From: Eledone cirrhosa
Taxonomy: Eukaryota
Assembly (NCBI GenBank): GCA_964016885.1
Contig: OZ024742.1
Span: forward strand, 336,288,001-336,352,000
Direction of reading: 5' to 3'
Length of the DNA: 64,000 nt
A program made the position numbers and the translations under genes. Under the pieces are notes generated by a model. The model searched no databases and was not told the DNA's origin. It saw nothing but the letters and a program-made list of their open reading frames with translations. Positions 54,601 to 64,000 of the stretch are shown here, one piece after another; positions within the stretch are counted from its first letter, which is position 1; each line of letters opens with the position of its first letter.

Positions 54601-55024
54601 GATATTAAACAAATGGAAACTATATTTATAAAACCATATTTATTTCATTATACATATTTCAGGGATACCATATTAAAGATATGGCATGCCTTCGTCAGAT
54701 AAAATACAATATATAAACAGTTTTATAAATAATTTTGACGTACCATATTATAAGCGACCATTAAATTAGGAAGCTGTCGCTTATAATTTGGTACGTCAAA
54801 ATTATTTATAAAACTGTTTATATATTGTATTTTATTTGACGAAGGCATGCCATATCTTTAATATGGTATCCCTGAAATATGTATAATGAAATAAATATGG
54901 TTTTATAAATATAGTTTCCATTTGTTTAATATCGTATATATACTCCAAAAACTTGTCGAGTGCTTTATATCAGTTATAAAATATTTATTTGTTGTAACCC
55001 AACAATTTTAAATAAAACCTTTGC
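54598..55024. mobile_element. Fold-back PLE-tail insertion, family C
   Basis: Arms 54598-54758 and 54776-54936, with the long arm extending to 55024. Same tail as 38296-38530, 19047-19254 and about 51385-51496. (TA)n on both sides. Confidence 0.85.
54641..54706 (-). ncRNA. Hammerhead ribozyme motif (family C)
   Basis: Minus strand: TATTTTAT-CTGACGA-AGGCATGCCATAT/ATATGGTATCCCT-GAAA-TATGTA-TA-ATGAAATA. Confidence 0.72.
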
Positions 55025-55040
55025 ATATATATATATATAT

Positions 55041-55570
55041 GAATTACGAAAACAGAAACAAATTCAAGGTACGTCCAATATGTTATCATATATCTCAACA
55101 CACAACCCAAGAAATGCGGAAGCTTACAACACTATTCACAAGAACATCCCACTACTAAAACAAAACCCAAGAATGAAAAAGCCCTTGAAACACACAAAAT
55201 AATCAAAAGCAAAAGACAACGGAAATCACTGAAAACATTACTCACCAATGCCAAATTACCTACCACAAACCCACAACCAAGTGTCAAAAAATGTGGTCGC
55301 TCTAATTGTGGAACCTGCACTCACCTCATTGAAGGCAACACATACATTTAAATCAGGACAAAATTTTACTGTAAAAAATCAGATCTACTTTATGCCATTA
55401 AATGTAAAGGATGCAATGAAGATTATATAGGACAAACTAAACTTACACTCAGAAATAGAATGACAGTTCATCGCCAACAATTACGAGATCCAACCACGAG
55501 ACAGATACCACTAAACGCACATCTAGACATATGCGCAAGTAATAAGACACCCAAATTCCAAGTCTTCCCA
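55041..55570 (+). pseudogene. PLE (Neptune-like) linker and GIY-YIG fragment, frameshifted
   Basis: Across frames: YISTHNP..., KKCGRSNCGTCTH, YAIKCKGCNEDYIGQT..LRNRMTVHRQQ..PLNAHLDIC. Confidence 0.8.
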
Positions 55571-55571
55571 A

Positions 55572-59333
<3,762 letters not shown>

Positions 59334-59349
59334 TCTATCTATCTATCTA

Positions 59350-59414
<65 letters not shown>

Positions 59415-59417
<3 letters not shown>

Positions 59418-60296
59418 CTTCATCACAGACTTCACAAGTAAATCCACCCTTTTCTACGGTATCCCTAAAGTACATAAAAGCGAATTAATAAGTAAGGCAT
59501 GCAAGGAAGCCACAGACATAGTCATCAATGTACCCTCACCCAATGATCTCAAATTAAGACCTATAATAGCAGGCCCCGCTTGCGAAACCCACCGCCTTAG
59601 CAACTTCATTGATACCCTTCTCAAGCCTTTTCTCAAACACATCAAAAGCTATATAAGGGACGACCTAGATATGCTCAATCAACTCCCTAATATGCCCCTT
59701 TCTGAACAAACCCTACTAGTGACGTTCGATGTAGTCAACCTATACTCCAACATCCCCCACAACCTAGGAATAGAAGCTATCCAATTCTGGCTGGATAATT
59801 ACCACAATGAACTCCCACAACGCATCAAAAAAGAATGTGTGATATAGGCACTCAAATTTATCTTGGAGAACAATTACTTCGTTTTCAATAACAAACCCTA
59901 CAGGCAGAAATCTGGGACCGCTATGGGAACGAAAACAGCCCCTACTTATGCCAACCTAGTCATGGGATACCTGGAAATCACCCTCTACACTAAAGTACTA
60001 AACAAATTTGGAAACACTCTCCACTTACACATAGAAAGGAACTGGAAGCGATATCTAGATGACTGCTTCATCCTTTGGCACGAAAATGGGCTCAACACGA
60101 ATATTAACTCCACGATGGAATACAGCCATCAACAACTCCCCTTCCTCACATCCTCATTAAGATCCATAACAAAAAAATAGAAACAGACATATACTACAAG
60201 CCCACAGACTCCAAGCAATATCTTCCTTTCAACTCTTGCCCCCCTAGACACGTTAAAATTAATATTCCCTACAACTTAGCCAAGAGAATCTGTACT
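59415..60296 (+). pseudogene. PLE (Neptune-like) reverse transcriptase fragment
   Basis: FYGIPKVHK, LRPIIAG, TFDVVNLYSNIPH, YRQKSGTAMGTKTAPTYANL, KRYLDDCF, YYKPTDSKQYL. One stop and one frameshift. Confidence 0.88.
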
Positions 60297-60324
60297 GACC
60301 ACCCCTCTACCACGAATTACTCTG

Positions 60325-60383
<59 letters not shown>

Positions 60384-60866
60384 TCTTAATAAGCATTTGA
60401 ACTGTCAACAGGCTGCGGTTCGCACACACATCCCTGCTGACCATTATCACAACAACGAACCTCTTTACTCCTACTACTACATACACACACACACATATTT
60501 GTCTTGAAAGACTTATTTTTCAGTGACTTCTCAATGAGCCGAGACAAACCTACATTTGGCGCAAAATCAATTTTTAACATTCACATGACCTCTACCGACC
60601 AATCAAAATTATTTTGACCACAAGAATTTTTTCATACATCTGGAGCCACTTTTTTTACATAAAACAGGTAGAATTTCCAAAACTAATCAGATTAGAGCAA
60701 ACATCAGGGCGCTCTATCTCAAAATTATTTTTGAAAAGCATTAGAAATGCTGGTAAAACTTAAAACAAAAACTGAATACTAACCAATACTATTACTAATT
60801 TTTACTTATTCCTAATTAAACTATTTTTCACTGGGAACAATTTGTCAGCATTTTCTTTTCCTTTTA

Positions 60867-60901
<35 letters not shown>

Positions 60902-61275
60902 CTTTGCCACTCAGCCGTCACGCTGGCGTTTCTATCCAATGACTGAATTTGCTTCTCTTTCGTCATCTTAACTCCAGAGAAATCAGATTGCAGATCAAAC
61001 CCATAGATAGTTAAACCCCTGAAAATGATTGGCCAGCTACTGCACAGAACTTACTTGAAATACACGGTCGAAATATATGAAGGGAAGACTTTGAAATTAA
61101 TTGTGTATTGTAATGGTGGTGGTGGTGGTGCTGGTGGTGGTCTATCTGTTAGAAATTACGAAACTAATAGAAATCGACAGTTCAGTGACAGTTTTGTTTT
61201 TCCCCTTGAATTATTTTGTTGATTTTTACCACTGAGAGATTCTACGTGTGTATTTTTGAGATGTATGTATGTATG

Positions 61276-61348
<73 letters not shown>

Positions 61349-61571
61349 TGGTGTATGAGAGTGTATGTACGTATATATGCATACAGATGTATATGTGTAC
61401 ATGTGTATGTGTATGCGTGTCTGAGTATGTGTGAGTGTTTGTGTATGTGTGTGAGGGGGGGGGATATTGCGTTCGATCTTTTGCCCTTTACACAATTAAC
61501 CAACTTTTCTCAAAAACTTATTTCCCTATTTCGTCTTTTGATGGTGAATGAACCAGCATGACCGCACGACG

Positions 61572-61845
61572 TGGTGCTGGTGTTGGTGATGATGGAGGTG
61601 ATGGTAGTAATGGTAGTGATAGTGGTGTTGGTGATATCGGAGAGTACTTGTGGTGATGACGATGGCGGTGTGGATGATGGTCTTGGCGATGGTGTTAGTA
61701 ATTGTGTCTGTCGTTGTTTTGGTGGTGGTGGTGGTGGTGGTGGTGGTGGTGGGGTGGCGGAGGTAGTGGTGGTGGTCGTCGTCGTGATGGTGGTGTTGAT
61801 GGTGGTGGTGGTGGTGGTGGTGGTGGTGATGGTGGCGGTAGTGGT
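61572..61845. repeat. Degenerate (GGT/GAT)n low-complexity tract
   Basis: Heterogeneous triplet repeat giving poly-His, poly-Val and poly-Thr pseudo-ORFs. Confidence 0.85.
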
Positions 61846-62109
61846 GTCTTGTAATGCTGGAGACTGTGCCGAGGGAGAAGGAGTAGAGAAGCTGCGAGAA
61901 AAGTAAAGTCAAATAAATAAGGCAAAGTAAATGAAAAAATACAAAGAACAACAACAACAGCAGCAGGAAATGAAGAAATCGTGACAAATGGTAGGATTTG
62001 TCAGTGAATCGTTCTTCGTTCTTGTGATTTAGAACCGTAAATTGAATGTGACAAATATTGAATTTCTCCTGCAGCGGACATTTTCGATATATTTGATTGT
62101 GAGTTGGAC

Positions 62110-62430
62110 ACGCGTCGATTGCGACGACGAGTATTCCAGTTATTCGAACCACAGAACAGCCTGTTTGTGAAATTAAAATGCAAGTGGCTGAGTATTCTGA
62201 AGACACGTGCATGATTAATGTATTTCTCACTCGGGGAGATTCAGGGTGAGACAGAGTATAACAAGCTTAGCTTTTTGAATCAGAGGTACAACTAATTTTC
62301 GTCAGTTCAGTGGACTAGAGCAACGTGAAATAAAGTGTCTTGTTGAAGGACACAACGCACCGCTGGTGATTGAGTTACGATTTATTGTGGTGAGCTGAAA
62401 GTCATTAACCACAAAGCCATGTGCCTTCAC
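62110..62430 (-). mobile_element. Copy of the second SINE family
   Basis: cgacgagtattccagtt..tttgtgaaa..ggggagattcag aligns with the reverse complement of 36690-36850. Confidence 0.65.
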
Positions 62431-62737
62431 GTTTAATTGTACAGCGTCTCGAAAAATCATTTAGCTTGGCTGCTATTGCATTGGTTTAGTGTGGTTAAGT
62501 TTGTCTCATATTTAGTTATGTCACTAGTGAAGGCACCTGGCTTAGTGATTAGAGTTTTGGAATCACTCGTAACGCCATAAGTTCGATTCCCGTACAGGGC
62601 GGCGCGTTATTTAACACCAGTCTGCCCAGCTGATAAAAGTGTGTTGCGACTATACTGGTATCAAGTTGTATCGGCTCTTGGACAACAAAAATAGCGTGGA
62701 GATAGAGTAACTATTGGTCTTTCACAGAACACCTTGC

Positions 62738-62783
<46 letters not shown>

Positions 62784-62785
62784 TC

Positions 62786-62836
<51 letters not shown>

Positions 62837-63294
62837 ATATATGACTGCCTCAAATAATTCGATTGGTATCTGCCATATGGCAGCTACAACTTCGATTTAT
62901 ACCTAATATAATATATATGCAGGGTGTCAATAACATTTATATACAATTTAAAAGCATTCTAATAAAAGTGTGTATATTTTCTGGGGACTCCCTGTATAAA
63001 TATTATATACAATGGCAATTTAGACAACAAGTATGAGTATTAATCCATTGTTTTACGATTGTTTCAGCTCTGAGCGTAAGATATGTTATGGAACTAATAT
63101 CCACAATAACCATTTTCATTGGCCTCTTCAGAAATGGATACGAGAAAAAGTGTTTATATTTTCAACCATAGAAATAAAACGGCAACTAATTATAGCTGTA
63201 TATCATTAACCTTTAAATTAATTGTTTGTTTTTTAAGAACGGAAAGTATTGTATTTCTCAAACCATGAATAAGAAAAATAACAGGTTCTAACAT

Positions 63295-63640
63295 AATAAT
63301 GGTTTCTAAAATTTGGGACAAGGTCAGAAATTTCGAAAGGAATGTCAATGTATTTATTTTATCGACCTCGGAAGGAGGAAAGGTCAAGTTGACCTCAGCA
63401 CGATTTGAACAATGTAACGACTATGTCAATCAACCGCCATAAGAAAAATAAGAATATAATAATTGTTTCTACTTTTGGCACAAGACCAGCAATTACGCCA
63501 GTGCATTACTGGTACTTTATTTTAACGAACCCGTAATGGATGGAAGGCAAAGTTAACCTCGGTGGTATTTGAACTCAGAACGTGAAGGGCTATAACTCTA
63601 TACTGCACAGTATGGTGTCTGACGCTCTACAGATACTGCC
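63295..63640 (-). mobile_element. Two diverged SINE copies
   Basis: aaggcaaagttaacctcgg..tttgaactcaga motifs. Confidence 0.7.
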
Positions 63641-64000
63641 CATGCAATGTTACATAATTGGAAGCCCCCAAAATGCGTACAATTTTCCTTAAGAAAAAAA
63701 TATACCCTAACATCTATAGTCTGTTCCTTCAAATTCTAACAACTAAAGCTTATGCGTTTTTAAACTTCGACCGTTAACCAACTCTAAACAGTTCTTGGCA
63801 TGAAAAAACAAAACAAATATCATATTCAATGATGAGAATATTTTATGACTACAAATTTTCAATAACACTCTACATTTTAACTCTTTATACACATTGTTGC
63901 GGCTTCTTATCATTTAAAATTATTATATTGTCATAATGCTTTCAAAACTTGCCTCGAAACTCAATTATTACGATATTTCAATATTGTTAAAGTTATGATT

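Noticed and set aside
62074-62213. Possible terminal exon after tttctcctgcag
   Set aside because: Most of it aligns with the SINE tail also found at 36750-36850.
61526-62230. 234-aa His/Thr-rich ORF
   Set aside because: Made of a SINE segment plus a degenerate triplet repeat, with no domain signal.

Overview
Repeat-saturated animal genomic DNA, most likely an octopod cephalopod (inferred from the SINE, LINE and microsatellite landscape). No host protein-coding gene can be called with confidence, and most short ORFs in the track are translated (TA)n, (CA)n, (GA)n or (TATC)n tracts. Recognisable content: two 5'-truncated Penelope-like elements (PLEs; RT plus C-terminal GIY-YIG, resembling the Hydra clade) at 29.0-33.2 kb and 38.3-42.5 kb, each preceded by an inverted copy of about 620 bp of its own 3' tail; further PLE fragments; many short asymmetric fold-back PLE-tail insertions in (TA)n carrying minimal hammerhead ribozyme motifs; an R4/Dong-type RLE retrotransposon with an uninterrupted 966-aa ORF inserted in (TAA)n; a decayed Tx1/L1-type LINE with truncated sisters; tRNA-derived SINEs; non-autonomous Helitrons; hAT and Tc1/mariner-type MITEs; and a 1-kb (GGT)-based repeat that reads as a Gly/Cys/Tyr-rich ORF. 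The most striking pattern is a recurrent head-to-head insertion architecture in which two 3' ends point outward into (TA)n, one arm stops early at a TA microhomology, and two of the central junctions show stuttered repeats.
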